Source of the DNA: Gemmatimonadota bacterium
Lineage (GTDB): Bacteria > Gemmatimonadota > Gemmatimonadetes > Gemmatimonadales > Gemmatimonadaceae
Assembly (NCBI GenBank): GCA_046732835.1
Contig: JBKPNY010000122.1
Coordinates: 14,004-78,003 of the forward strand
Length of the DNA stretch: 64,000 nucleotides
Direction: 5' to 3'
Shown here: one piece after another, positions 18,398 to 26,995 of the stretch
Layout of the letters: the number at the start of each line of letters is the position of its first letter
Numbering within the stretch: the first letter of the stretch is position 1
Notes under the pieces: model-generated
What the model was told of the DNA's origin: nothing
Database searches by the model: none
What the model saw: only the letters and a program-made list of their open reading frames with translations
Position numbers and translations under genes: made by a program

Positions 18398-18814
18398 TCA
18401 GCGTGTGTACAGCACTATTGCACCTGAAATTGGATCGCTGCCGATGTCTGACAGCACTACTGAAGCCCTGGAAGCCGACAGCCATTCCATGCGCTTGATC
18501 CCTGATGAGCTCAGGCTTCGCAGCGTTTCAGTTCCGCCGAGCTTGTTTCCGTCGAGGTAAACGAGCGTCACCTGATTGCGTGATGTGCCGCCGCCAATCG
18601 ACCCTGTTGCGCCTGCGCGCAGCCAGTGCGGCCGCAGACGGTAGATCAGGTCGTACACATTGTTCGACGGCGTCTGCGCGATTTCAACGCTCGTCACTTT
18701 ATCTGACGACGATTCACTTACGTTTGGCTTGGCGCCTCCACTCGACGACGCGCATGCTGCTGACATGAGCGCTCCTCCAGAGAGCGCGATGCTGAGTACC
18801 AGGCGACCTTTCAT
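18398..18814 (-). CDS. Small stand-alone TonB-receptor Plug-domain lipoprotein, paralog P2
   Basis: The N-terminus is MKGRLVLSIALSGGALMSAAC (lipobox). The Plug-like body is VTSVEIAQTPSNNVYDLIYRLRPHWL...LVYLDGNKLGG...IKRMEWLSA...GAIVLYTR. The gene lies 25 nt upstream of dnaE on the same strand and is divergent from the F2 fusion gene. Confidence 0.55.
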   Translation of the reverse strand: MKGRLVLSIALSGGALMSAACASSSGGAKPNVSESSSDKVTSVEIAQTPSNNVYDLIYRLRPHWLRAGATGSIGGGTSRNQVTLVYLDGNKLGGTETLRSLSSSGIKRMEWLSASRASVVLSDIGSDPISGAIVLYTR

Positions 18815-18944
18815 GAGTTTCCCCCTGCCGGACCAGAAGCGGTTTGCGTTCTCGGGAATCTGTGCGAGACCATACTATACGGAAAGATCGCATTGTGTGC
18901 CGATGTACCCTCCGCTATGCTTTCGTGAAAGGGACCGCATTGCC

Positions 18945-20099
18945 ATGACCTCAATGCTTTCTGTATCGCTCGCACAGACACTGCGCAAAGCGCTCGGCTG
19001 TGCTGCGGTCTGGCTCGCCGTATTCGCCGTTGATTTGCAGGCGCAGGCGTTCGGCGTGGTGTCCGGTGTGGTAACGGATTTCGCCGGCGCGCCGATTTCC
19101 AGCGCGGAGATCGTGATTGCCGGATTAGGGATTACTTCGCGAACAGACGACCTGGGTCGATTCCGCATCAGCTCGCCGATTGGTCTCGTCACGCTCAGCG
19201 CTCGTCGCATGGGATTTGAGCCCGCGACACGACAGGTTCAACTGGGTGGATCCAGTGAAGTGACCAATGTCGCGATCCAGCTCAAATCACTGCCGAGCGT
19301 TCTCAAGCCTGTGGTTGTGACAACGAACAAGATCGACTACACAGGAAGGCTCGCCGGTTATTACCACCGGCTCGAGAGCAGGAACGTCGGTTATTTCATC
19401 ACGAGGGATGAAATCGACAAGCAGAATCCGCGAACCATCACGCAGCTCCTTACTCACATACCGGCGATCAACGCCACGAAAATGAGATCGGGTGGGGGTG
19501 GCGTGCGAATGCGGGGACGTCAGTGCTGGCCACTGGTGTGGCTCGATGGACTGCAGATGGGTGCGGGAGAAGTCGATCTGGATGCGTTCCCGCCATCGTC
19601 TATTCAGGGGATCGAGATTTACCTCGGTTCGACAACAGCGCCCATTCGATACATGGCCAATCGCGACCAGTCGAGTTGTGGAACCATACTATTGTGGTCG
19701 CGTGGTCCCGATACGGATCCGGTTACCAGGCCTCGCCAGCAGCGGTTCGATCTGGAGCGGATGGTTGCGTCGCTCACAGTGTATACCGCCGATCAGGTGG
19801 ACAAACCGGCTTTGCCCGCGCCGCATTCTCAAACGAATGTGGATTATCCCCCGGCGATTTTTGCTGACGGACAGGGGGGGTCCGTGGTTGCGGAGTTCGT
19901 TGTCGACTCGGCAGGGCGCGTGGAGGAGGGAACTTTTGGGATTGTTTCGTCAACCCACCCTCTCCTGAGCGATGCGGTGAGACGGGCAGTCGAGGGAAGT
20001 ATCTACATCCCCGCGCAGCTCAAAGGTTCGCCCGTGCGTCAGGTGGTGGTGCAGCCGTTCTCATTCCCGCCAAGGCTGAAGAAAAAATCCCGCGGGTAA
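18945..20099 (+). CDS. Secreted fusion protein: carboxypeptidase-regulatory-like + Plug + TonB C-terminal domain, paralog F2
   Basis: The likely start is ATG 18945 (MTSMLSVSLAQTLRKALGCAAVWLAVFAVDLQAQA); the ORF-track start 18660 overlaps the divergent gene. The protein is colinear with F1: VSGVVTDFAG...DDLGRFRI, then GYFITRDEIDKQNPRTITQLLTHIPAI...VWLDGLQMG...IQGIEIYLG...GTILLWSR, then the C-terminal DYPPAIFADGQGGSVVAEFVVDSAGRVEEGTFGIVSSTHPLLSDAVRRAV...GSPVRQVVVQPFSF (TonB_C pattern). Confidence 0.65.
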   Translation: MTSMLSVSLAQTLRKALGCAAVWLAVFAVDLQAQAFGVVSGVVTDFAGAPISSAEIVIAGLGITSRTDDLGRFRISSPIGLVTLSARRMGFEPATRQVQLGGSSEVTNVAIQLKSLPSVLKPVVVTTNKIDYTGRLAGYYHRLESRNVGYFITRDEIDKQNPRTITQLLTHIPAINATKMRSGGGGVRMRGRQCWPLVWLDGLQMGAGEVDLDAFPPSSIQGIEIYLGSTTAPIRYMANRDQSSCGTILLWSRGPDTDPVTRPRQQRFDLERMVASLTVYTADQVDKPALPAPHSQTNVDYPPAIFADGQGGSVVAEFVVDSAGRVEEGTFGIVSSTHPLLSDAVRRAVEGSIYIPAQLKGSPVRQVVVQPFSFPPRLKKKSRG

Positions 20100-20231
20100 G
20101 CCCGGCGCCCCGCAAGATTTGCTTGCGGATTCACAACTTCCTTACATATTAGCGTAAATAAATGACCCTTCACCACGCTTCCCCTGAACCCAGGTGAAAG
20201 CGCGGTGATCGCTATTCGTGAGCCTTGTACT

Positions 20232-20247
20232 AGTCACGCGCGTGACT
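20232..20247. promoter_or_regulatory. Perfect 16-bp palindrome (candidate operator) in the leader of SusC pair 3
   Basis: agtcacgc|gcgtgact is a perfect palindrome, about 205 nt upstream of the SusC start at 20454. About one such palindrome is expected by chance per 64 kb, so only the intergenic position lends it support. Confidence 0.25.
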
Positions 20248-20453
20248 GACCGCACGTGTTTGCAGTTTTTCGTCTGAAAGTTTGGACGTCAGCAAGCGTG
20301 AAAAGGTTCCATCCGAATTTTCTACTTCTCAGAAAGGAGGGTCATCCCACAAACCCAGACTACTTGGTGTGCACAGCCCGGCCGGATACCGGCACAGTGG
20401 CGAAGTAAGCGAAGGGAAATCGGTAGTATCTCGCAAACCCCATTGAGGTACGT

Positions 20454-23400
20454 ATGAAGAAACTACTCCGTCCAACGAAGGTCCTCCTTCTGATTGCCGC
20501 TGCGCTCGCCGGTGTGTCACCGGCAGTTGCGCAAAGCCAGGGGGCGGTAATTTCCGGACGAGTGATGTCGGAGCAGGGACAGCCACTCGTCGGCGCAAAC
20601 GTCTACATCAACGACCTGAACATTTCGGTCGGCACTTCGCAGTCGGGCGCGTACACACTCAACATTCCGCAGGCACGTCTGAATGGTCAGACTGTGAACC
20701 TGCGTGTTCGCGCGATTGGTTATCAGCCGCAAACCCGGCAGATCGCGCTCACGGCTGGCTCGGTCAGCGTAAACTTCGACCTCCGCCGCGACGTCACGCA
20801 GCTTGGTGAAGTCGTCGTGACGGGCGTTGCGACTGCAACGGAGGCGATCAAGCTGCCGTTCACTGTCGCGCGTATCGACACCACGCTGATGCCCGTGTCG
20901 GGCTCGAATCCGATCTCGCAGCTGCAGGGAAAGATTCCTGGCGCGATGATTGTCGCGTCGTCCGGCCGCCCTGGCACAGCACCTTCAATCGTTCTGCGCG
21001 GACCCGTTTCGCTGGACGCTACGGGTCGCAGCCAGCAGCCACTGTATCTGCTCGACGGCGTTCCGCTTCAGGGTGGACTTCCTGACATCAACCCCGGCGA
21101 CATCGAGAACGTCGAAGTCGTGAAGGGCGCAGCCGCCGCATCGCTCTACGGTGCACGCGCTGGCGCCGGCGTCATCAACATCACCACGAAGAGTGGAAGG
21201 AATGCGCCACCCGGCCTTCGCTTTGGAGTGCGCAGCGAAGTCGGCGCAGGCGATATCGAGCACCAGTTCCCGCTCGCTACCCGCACAGCAATGAGTCTCG
21301 CCCCCGGCGGACAGCTCTACTGCAGCACCGAAGTCGTCGGTGGCTCGAGGTGTGGACGTTACATCAACTGGGATTCAGAAGTTCAGCGAATCAACAACAA
21401 CGGCGAGGATTTCTCCGGATCACCGCAGAACTTCCTGACCGAGGCGAGCCTCGCAGCAGCGCCGAACTACGACGCGATGAGCGGCTCATTTGTCATCAAT
21501 CGTTATTCGTCGCTCCGGGATCCGGTCGCACAGCTCGTCACGCCTTCGGTCTACGCGAACTCGAACATGGACATTCGCGGAAAGGTCAATAACACCGGCG
21601 TGTTTGCAAGCCTTGGCAACCTCACACAGCAGGGTGCGATCCAGGGAATGGGTGGGTTCGTGAGGAACTCCGCTCGACTGAACATCGATCAGCGTTTTGG
21701 TGACCGTATCAGCACCAACATCAACAGCTTCTACAGCCAGAGCGCGGATCACGGTTCGAATCTCGAGGCTGAGGGCGCCGGTTCAACGAGTCCCTTCTTC
21801 ACGATCACGCGCGCGCCGTATGTCGCTGACATCGAAGCTCGGGATAATCTTGGCCGAATCGTCGTGCGTCATAACCCGACAGCGCAAGGGGTGCAGAACT
21901 TCAACCCGCTGTACGCGGCGTTCTATAACAGGCGTACTGACAGAAGCACCCGCTTTGTCGGCGGTGCGAGCTCGAAGTACACCCCGCTCGACTGGCTCAA
22001 CCTCGAAGCAAATGTCGGCTACGATCGATCGACCGGCATCTTCACTCAACAGCGTGACCGCGGCTGGCGTGTCACTGCGTCGAACCCGACAACTTCTGCC
22101 GGGTTCATTCAGAACGGAAGCACTGACAACGAGCAGCTTACAACGGGCTTGAGTGCAACTGCGACGCACACCTTCCTCAGCGACCTCAACGCAACACTCA
22201 CAGGTCGATATATCTACGGAGATCAAACACTTCGTACCCAGGATTTGCAGGGTGTTGACCTGGTCGTCGCGGGCCTCGAAACCGCGGACGCCGCCACGAA
22301 GAACTTTGCGATTGGGTCCGGCGTGCAGAAAATCCGCGACATGGGTTACTTCCTTGGCGCCGATTTCGATTTAAAGGATCGCTATGTTCTGAACGGGCTG
22401 GTCCGTCGCGACGGAAGCTCGCTCTTCGGATCAGGTAACCGCTGGCAGACATTCGGCCGTGTTGCGGCAGCGTGGATTACTTCACGTGAGCCATGGTGGC
22501 CGGCACCGGATGCGTTGAGCCTGTTCAAGCTCCGTGCATCACGTGGATCGACCGGTCAGCGTCCGCGCTTCAGCGCACAGTATGAAACGTTCACCATTGG
22601 AACCGGTGGAACCTTGAACCCCGCGTTCCTTGGCAACAAGAATCTCAAGCCTGAGATCAACACCGAAACCGAGCTCGGAACCGATCTCGAGTTCTTCCAT
22701 CGCATTGGCCTCAACATCTCGTACGCGAAGGCTGTCGTCGACGATCAGATTCTTCCAGTTCGTGCTTCGACTGCGACGGGATTTCAGCAGCAGTGGCTTA
22801 ACGCCGGTGAGATTACGAACAAGACGTGGGAAGGAACACTTACTGTCCCGGTCATCCAGCGTCGCAACTTCAGCTGGACAAGTCGCCTGATCTACGATCA
22901 GACGCGTTCGGTCATCACAAGACTCGATGTCCCTGACTTCACGGGCGACATCACAGCCGGCAACGCGTTCACCGTCTTCAAGTTCCGCGAGGGCGAGAAG
23001 ATCGGCACGATGTACGGCGCCACATTCATTCGTAACTGCTCGCAGCTCCCTGCTGCGTTTGCATCACAGTGCTCGATGAGTGCGGGGGATCTCAGCTCAG
23101 CGTATCGTCCGAATGACGAGGGATACATCGTCTGGGTTGGTCAGGGCAACCTGCCATCCGAAGGCGTGACGAAAAACCTCTGGCGCTCGCAGATTCCGCT
23201 CGGTCAGGGACCATACGGCAACCGAGTCAACTGGGGCATGCCGATCGTGCAGCGCGACGAATCCACCGGCAACGTTTCCAACGTCGCCGTCGGCAACGGA
23301 CTTCCCAAGTATCACTGGGGCCTTTCGCAGAGCGTCGATATCGGCCGGTTCAACATCTACGGATTGCTCGACGCAGCGCACGGTCAGAAGCTCTTCAATA

Positions 23401-23834
23401 TTCAGGAGGCATGGTCTCTCGCCGACCTGCAGAGCGGTGTCGTGAATCAGGAAGGCAAGAGCGTCGAGAGCGCGAAGCCGATTGGATACTACTGGCGTCA
23501 GGGACCGTCGCTGTCACCGACGGCTGGCTCAACTGCCGGCATCGGCGGCTTCTACGACCTGCTTGGACCGAACAGCTACAACATGCAGGACGCAAGCTAC
23601 GTCAAGCTGCGTGAAGCATCGGTCAACGTCAGGCTCGGCGCAATTGGTGGAACCGGCGACTGGAAAGTCGGCGTCGTTGGCAGAAATCTGAAGACGTGGA
23701 CTGACTTCCGCGGCTTCGACCCCGAGTCCGGCAACACGACGGGAGCATTCAACTCCGCCGCGTTGACGGGTGTTGCAGGCTACCGCTATCCGAAGATGCG
23801 GACCTACACAGTACAGGTTTCCACTTCGTTCTAA
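20454..23834 (+). CDS. SusC/RagA-type TonB-dependent outer-membrane transporter (pair 3)
   Basis: The ATG is preceded by gaggt. The signal peptide is MKKLLRPTKVLLLIAAALAGVSPAVA/QS. The protein has a carboxypeptidase-regulatory-like domain, GEVVVTG, a Plug domain (VVKGAAAASLYGARAGAGVINITTKSG), a long barrel and a terminal ...VQVSTSF. Confidence 0.9.
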   Translation: MKKLLRPTKVLLLIAAALAGVSPAVAQSQGAVISGRVMSEQGQPLVGANVYINDLNISVGTSQSGAYTLNIPQARLNGQTVNLRVRAIGYQPQTRQIALTAGSVSVNFDLRRDVTQLGEVVVTGVATATEAIKLPFTVARIDTTLMPVSGSNPISQLQGKIPGAMIVASSGRPGTAPSIVLRGPVSLDATGRSQQPLYLLDGVPLQGGLPDINPGDIENVEVVKGAAAASLYGARAGAGVINITTKSGRNAPPGLRFGVRSEVGAGDIEHQFPLATRTAMSLAPGGQLYCSTEVVGGSRCGRYINWDSEVQRINNNGEDFSGSPQNFLTEASLAAAPNYDAMSGSFVINRYSSLRDPVAQLVTPSVYANSNMDIRGKVNNTGVFASLGNLTQQGAIQGMGGFVRNSARLNIDQRFGDRISTNINSFYSQSADHGSNLEAEGAGSTSPFFTITRAPYVADIEARDNLGRIVVRHNPTAQGVQNFNPLYAAFYNRRTDRSTRFVGGASSKYTPLDWLNLEANVGYDRSTGIFTQQRDRGWRVTASNPTTSAGFIQNGSTDNEQLTTGLSATATHTFLSDLNATLTGRYIYGDQTLRTQDLQGVDLVVAGLETADAATKNFAIGSGVQKIRDMGYFLGADFDLKDRYVLNGLVRRDGSSLFGSGNRWQTFGRVAAAWITSREPWWPAPDALSLFKLRASRGSTGQRPRFSAQYETFTIGTGGTLNPAFLGNKNLKPEINTETELGTDLEFFHRIGLNISYAKAVVDDQILPVRASTATGFQQQWLNAGEITNKTWEGTLTVPVIQRRNFSWTSRLIYDQTRSVITRLDVPDFTGDITAGNAFTVFKFREGEKIGTMYGATFIRNCSQLPAAFASQCSMSAGDLSSAYRPNDEGYIVWVGQGNLPSEGVTKNLWRSQIPLGQGPYGNRVNWGMPIVQRDESTGNVSNVAVGNGLPKYHWGLSQSVDIGRFNIYGLLDAAHGQKLFNIQEAWSLADLQSGVVNQEGKSVESAKPIGYYWRQGPSLSPTAGSTAGIGGFYDLLGPNSYNMQDASYVKLREASVNVRLGAIGGTGDWKVGVVGRNLKTWTDFRGFDPESGNTTGAFNSAALTGVAGYRYPKMRTYTVQVSTSF

Positions 23835-23905
23835 AAAAAAGGAATGACATCGGCGGGCAGCCCGTGAGTGATCACGGACTGCCTCGCCTAACCCTTAATG
23901 AATCA

Positions 23906-25582
23906 ATGAGGCTTTTGATGCGTCACCGAACGAAAGTTCAACTCATATCTGCTGCGGTATTGAGTGCGTCGATGGCGATTGTCGCGTGTACCGACAATCC
24001 GCTCGACGTCAGGAACCAGCAGAACCCGGACGTCTCGAAGGTTTATGGAAGTCCCAAGGACGTCGAGACGATCGTATCGAAATTGTTCCAGCAGCTGTGG
24101 AACGCTCAGCAGGCAAACACCGGAATCGGTGTACAGACTATGGTAATGTCGTTCGAGAGTCACTCCGCACTCGCGAACTTCGGACTTGGAGCTCGCGCTG
24201 CAATTCCGCGCGGTCTGATCAGCAATGCGCTTGGCAACGCCAACCAGACCGAGAACTTCAACGACTTCGACGGGCTGCAGAGAAATGCGCGCAGCGCGGC
24301 AAATGCAATCGCCGCGATCTACGCCTTCAACGCTGCTTCACCGGCACAATCGATCGGGTCCCCGGCGCGCGATGTCAGAGCGAAGGCATTTGGCTACTTT
24401 GAGCTCGGATATGCGCTAGGGAACGTGGCGCTGATCTACGATTCGGCGTCCATCATTCTACCCAGTACTCCAAACGGGGAAATCCCCGCTCTCTCTGCGG
24501 CGAAGGACGTGATGGCCGCGGCGCTGCAGATGATGGACTCGGCTCTGGCTTATGCGGTCTCGCCGGACGTTGCGAACGGTAGCAATGGTTTCCCGATTCC
24601 TGGTGGATGGGTTTCAGGACCGGACCTGCCAGCAGCATCGTTCATCAAGCTTGTTCGCTCGTACAAGGCGCGGTTCCGTGCAAACGTTTCCCGCACGCCG
24701 GCCGATCGCGTTGCGGTTAACTGGGATGCGGTCATCGCTGATACGCAGAACGGTATTACCGCTGACTTCATAGTCAACGCCGATGCGACCCTCGGATGGG
24801 CGCTCGGCTGGCGCAGCCAGCTTGGCGTAGATGCAACGTGGAGCCAGATGACTCCGATGATTCTTGGAATGGCCGACACCACGCTGGCGTACGATGCCTG
24901 GCTCGCGGCTCCGCTCGACAAGCGCACACCGTTCCTTCTTCGCACGCCTGACAAGCGGTTCCCATCCGGTGAGACGCGTGCAATTCAGTCAGCAATTCAG
25001 GGATCAAGCCGCGCGGGCACACCAGCGGGCTCGATTCTTTATTTCATCAATCGCCCGTCGGGAGACGACAAGGTCGCCGAGCCGTGGGGGACGTGGTGGT
25101 ATGACAACTGGCGCTTCTGGGGTCCCAGAGCGGCCGGCGGCAACGGACCCGTAACCGCTTTCTCGGTTGCAGAAAACGACCTGCTCCAGGCCGAAGGCCA
25201 ATATCGCAAGGGCAACGTCGCTGCGACGACTGCGCTCATCGACAAGACTCGCGTTCGCGCAGGTCTGCCGGCGCTTTCGGGTGTCGTGACGACTCTTACG
25301 GGCACGGTACCAGGTGGAAGTGCCTGCGTGCCGCGCGTTCCGCAGGCGCCAGGCTACACATCAACTGCCTGCGGCAGTCTTCTCGAGGCATTGAAGTGGG
25401 AGAAGAGAGTAGAGACGTCATTCACCGGATACGCGCAGTGGTGGCTGGATTCGCGGGGCTGGGGTGATCTCGTGGAAGGCACAGCCCTCGAGTGGGCGGT
25501 TCCATGGCAGGAGCTGTTCGCGCGACTTGGTGACACCTACACGAACACTTTAAGGGCCGCAAAGGGCACTTACGGTCTTTAG
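23906..25582 (+). CDS. SusD/RagB-type outer-membrane lipoprotein (pair 3)
   Basis: MRLLMRHRTKVQLISAAVLSASMAIVAC carries the lipobox; ATG 23906 or 23918 is possible, and the GTG 23864 of the ORF track is less likely. The C-terminal part has ENDLLQAEGQYRKGNVAATTALIDKTRVRAGLP, a SusD-like pattern. Confidence 0.7.
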   Translation: MRLLMRHRTKVQLISAAVLSASMAIVACTDNPLDVRNQQNPDVSKVYGSPKDVETIVSKLFQQLWNAQQANTGIGVQTMVMSFESHSALANFGLGARAAIPRGLISNALGNANQTENFNDFDGLQRNARSAANAIAAIYAFNAASPAQSIGSPARDVRAKAFGYFELGYALGNVALIYDSASIILPSTPNGEIPALSAAKDVMAAALQMMDSALAYAVSPDVANGSNGFPIPGGWVSGPDLPAASFIKLVRSYKARFRANVSRTPADRVAVNWDAVIADTQNGITADFIVNADATLGWALGWRSQLGVDATWSQMTPMILGMADTTLAYDAWLAAPLDKRTPFLLRTPDKRFPSGETRAIQSAIQGSSRAGTPAGSILYFINRPSGDDKVAEPWGTWWYDNWRFWGPRAAGGNGPVTAFSVAENDLLQAEGQYRKGNVAATTALIDKTRVRAGLPALSGVVTTLTGTVPGGSACVPRVPQAPGYTSTACGSLLEALKWEKRVETSFTGYAQWWLDSRGWGDLVEGTALEWAVPWQELFARLGDTYTNTLRAAKGTYGL

Positions 25583-25590
25583 GAATAGTC

Positions 25591-26055
25591 GTGAGAAGTT
25601 CGAAGATTCTGCGAGCATGCGTGTTGAGTTTTCTGACCGGCGTATCCACGGCGTGTTATGTCTACACGCCCGTGGCGTCGCCACCCGCGCAGGGATCGCA
25701 GCTGCGGCTGGATTTGAACGACCGGGGTCGAGTTGGCCTCGGAGGACAGATCGGGGCTTCGGGAAGTGCAGTCGAGGGACTGCTGCAACCCGGTCCCGAT
25801 TCGATCTTCACTCTGAAAGTTGTTTCTGTGAGTTACCTGAATGGGCAGCGGAATCAGTGGACGGGAGAACCACTCTCGGTTTCACGCGATTTCGTGCGGG
25901 ACGTGAGAACGCGTCAATTCTCAAAGACCCGGACTGCCTTGACGGTGGGATCGATCGCTGCGGCCGCGGTGGCTTTCATCGTGACCCGCGGTCTGGTTGG
26001 AAGCGGGTCAGCCGGAAAGGATGGGGGCAACCCTCCGCCGGGCGGGGAGTCATGA
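25591..26055 (+). CDS. Hypothetical lipoprotein with a C-terminal hydrophobic helix
   Basis: The GTG start lies 9 nt after the SusD stop. The N-terminus is MRSSKILRACVLSFLTGVSTAC (lipobox). A C-terminal segment TALTVGSIAAAAVAFIVT is followed by a Gly/Pro tail. I recognise no family. Confidence 0.5.
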   Translation: MRSSKILRACVLSFLTGVSTACYVYTPVASPPAQGSQLRLDLNDRGRVGLGGQIGASGSAVEGLLQPGPDSIFTLKVVSVSYLNGQRNQWTGEPLSVSRDFVRDVRTRQFSKTRTALTVGSIAAAAVAFIVTRGLVGSGSAGKDGGNPPPGGES

Positions 26056-26126
26056 AAAAACTCCTTCACTCAGGTTCTCGCAGCTCGTCAATAACACTAT
26101 CAACGTCATTTTCTGGAGTTTCCATA

Positions 26127-26933
26127 ATGCGTTTCTCTCGTCTCGTACTGCTCAGCGTTGTTGTGGGTATCGCAGCGGCCTGCGAGAGCGATAAGGTCAC
26201 CACGCCGAGCACGCCTCCGCATTCGGATCTGCGTTTCATAAGCGCAGTCGCCGACACGGGCGCTGTAGATATTCGGTTTGTCGACCAGCTCGATCTCTCG
26301 CCGTTCGCGAACACTCTCGCATTCAGAGCATCGTCGTTCACGGGATATCAACCGGCCGAAGCAAAGGCCCGCCATCTCCGCGTTTTTCCGACGAGCCTGA
26401 ACATTGCCATCACGCAGCAGGTTCTACTCGACACCACCATCACGATCCCTGAGGGGCAGCGAATCACTTTACTGCTCACCGGCCCGTCGAGAACGGCAGG
26501 GCAGCTCAAGTTCATAATGATCAATGACGACGCAGCTGCGCCGGCAGCCAATCAGATCAGCGTCAGAACTGTGAACGCTTCAACGGGTGCAATTTCGGCG
26601 TTCCTTGTCGACACTACGACATCTGCTGTGGCGGGTACGCCGACATTCGACAACGTCGCCAGCTACACTGCGAGCGCTTACGTTGGGCGCGCAACCGGTA
26701 AGGCGGCCGTTCGATTTACCGATGTAGGCACACTCACGGTTAATGCGTCGCAGAATGGCCCACTGGCACCGGCTGCCATTGTCGGCGCATTGCCTGCCGC
26801 CGGACTGACATCATCCGGAACGGTTTTCTCGGTTTATTACTTCCCGAAAGCTCGCGCCGGATCAGTCTCGGCTCCCGGCGCAGTGTGGTTCGTCGATCGC
26901 AACCCCTGCGATGGACCTTGCACCAGCAACTAG
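26127..26933 (+). CDS. DUF4397-like lipoprotein
   Basis: MRFSRLVLLSVVVGIAAAC carries the lipobox. The repeated pattern LRFISAVADTGAVDIRFVD... / ISVRTVNASTGAISAFLVD... is typical of DUF4397. An alternative start is ATG 26052, which overlaps the previous stop as ATGA. The 25617 start of the ORF track is a frame artefact. Confidence 0.55.
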   Translation: MRFSRLVLLSVVVGIAAACESDKVTTPSTPPHSDLRFISAVADTGAVDIRFVDQLDLSPFANTLAFRASSFTGYQPAEAKARHLRVFPTSLNIAITQQVLLDTTITIPEGQRITLLLTGPSRTAGQLKFIMINDDAAAPAANQISVRTVNASTGAISAFLVDTTTSAVAGTPTFDNVASYTASAYVGRATGKAAVRFTDVGTLTVNASQNGPLAPAAIVGALPAAGLTSSGTVFSVYYFPKARAGSVSAPGAVWFVDRNPCDGPCTSN

Positions 26934-26950
26934 TCTAAGGGTCTAACTCG

Positions 26951-26991
26951 AACGCGCTCCCTGCTCACGCGGGGGGCGCGTTTTAGTTTTT
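26951..26991 (+). terminator. Rho-independent terminator after the SusC-SusD-lipoprotein-DUF4397 operon
   Basis: GC-rich imperfect hairpin aacgcgctccc...gggggcgcgtt followed by ttttagttttt. Confidence 0.65.
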
Positions 26992-26995
26992 GAGC

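Noticed and set aside
21753-21762. tRNA T-loop-like string ggttcgaatc.
   Set aside because: It lies in frame inside the SusC-like CDS (…DHGSNLEA…), and no acceptor, D or anticodon arms can be drawn around it.
25617-26126. Long N-terminal extension of the DUF4397-like ORF (438-aa version in the ORF track).
   Set aside because: It overlaps the lipoprotein gene 25591-26055 in another frame. It encodes Arg/Gly-rich nonsense typical of off-frame GC-rich DNA. A proper lipoprotein signal starts at 26127.
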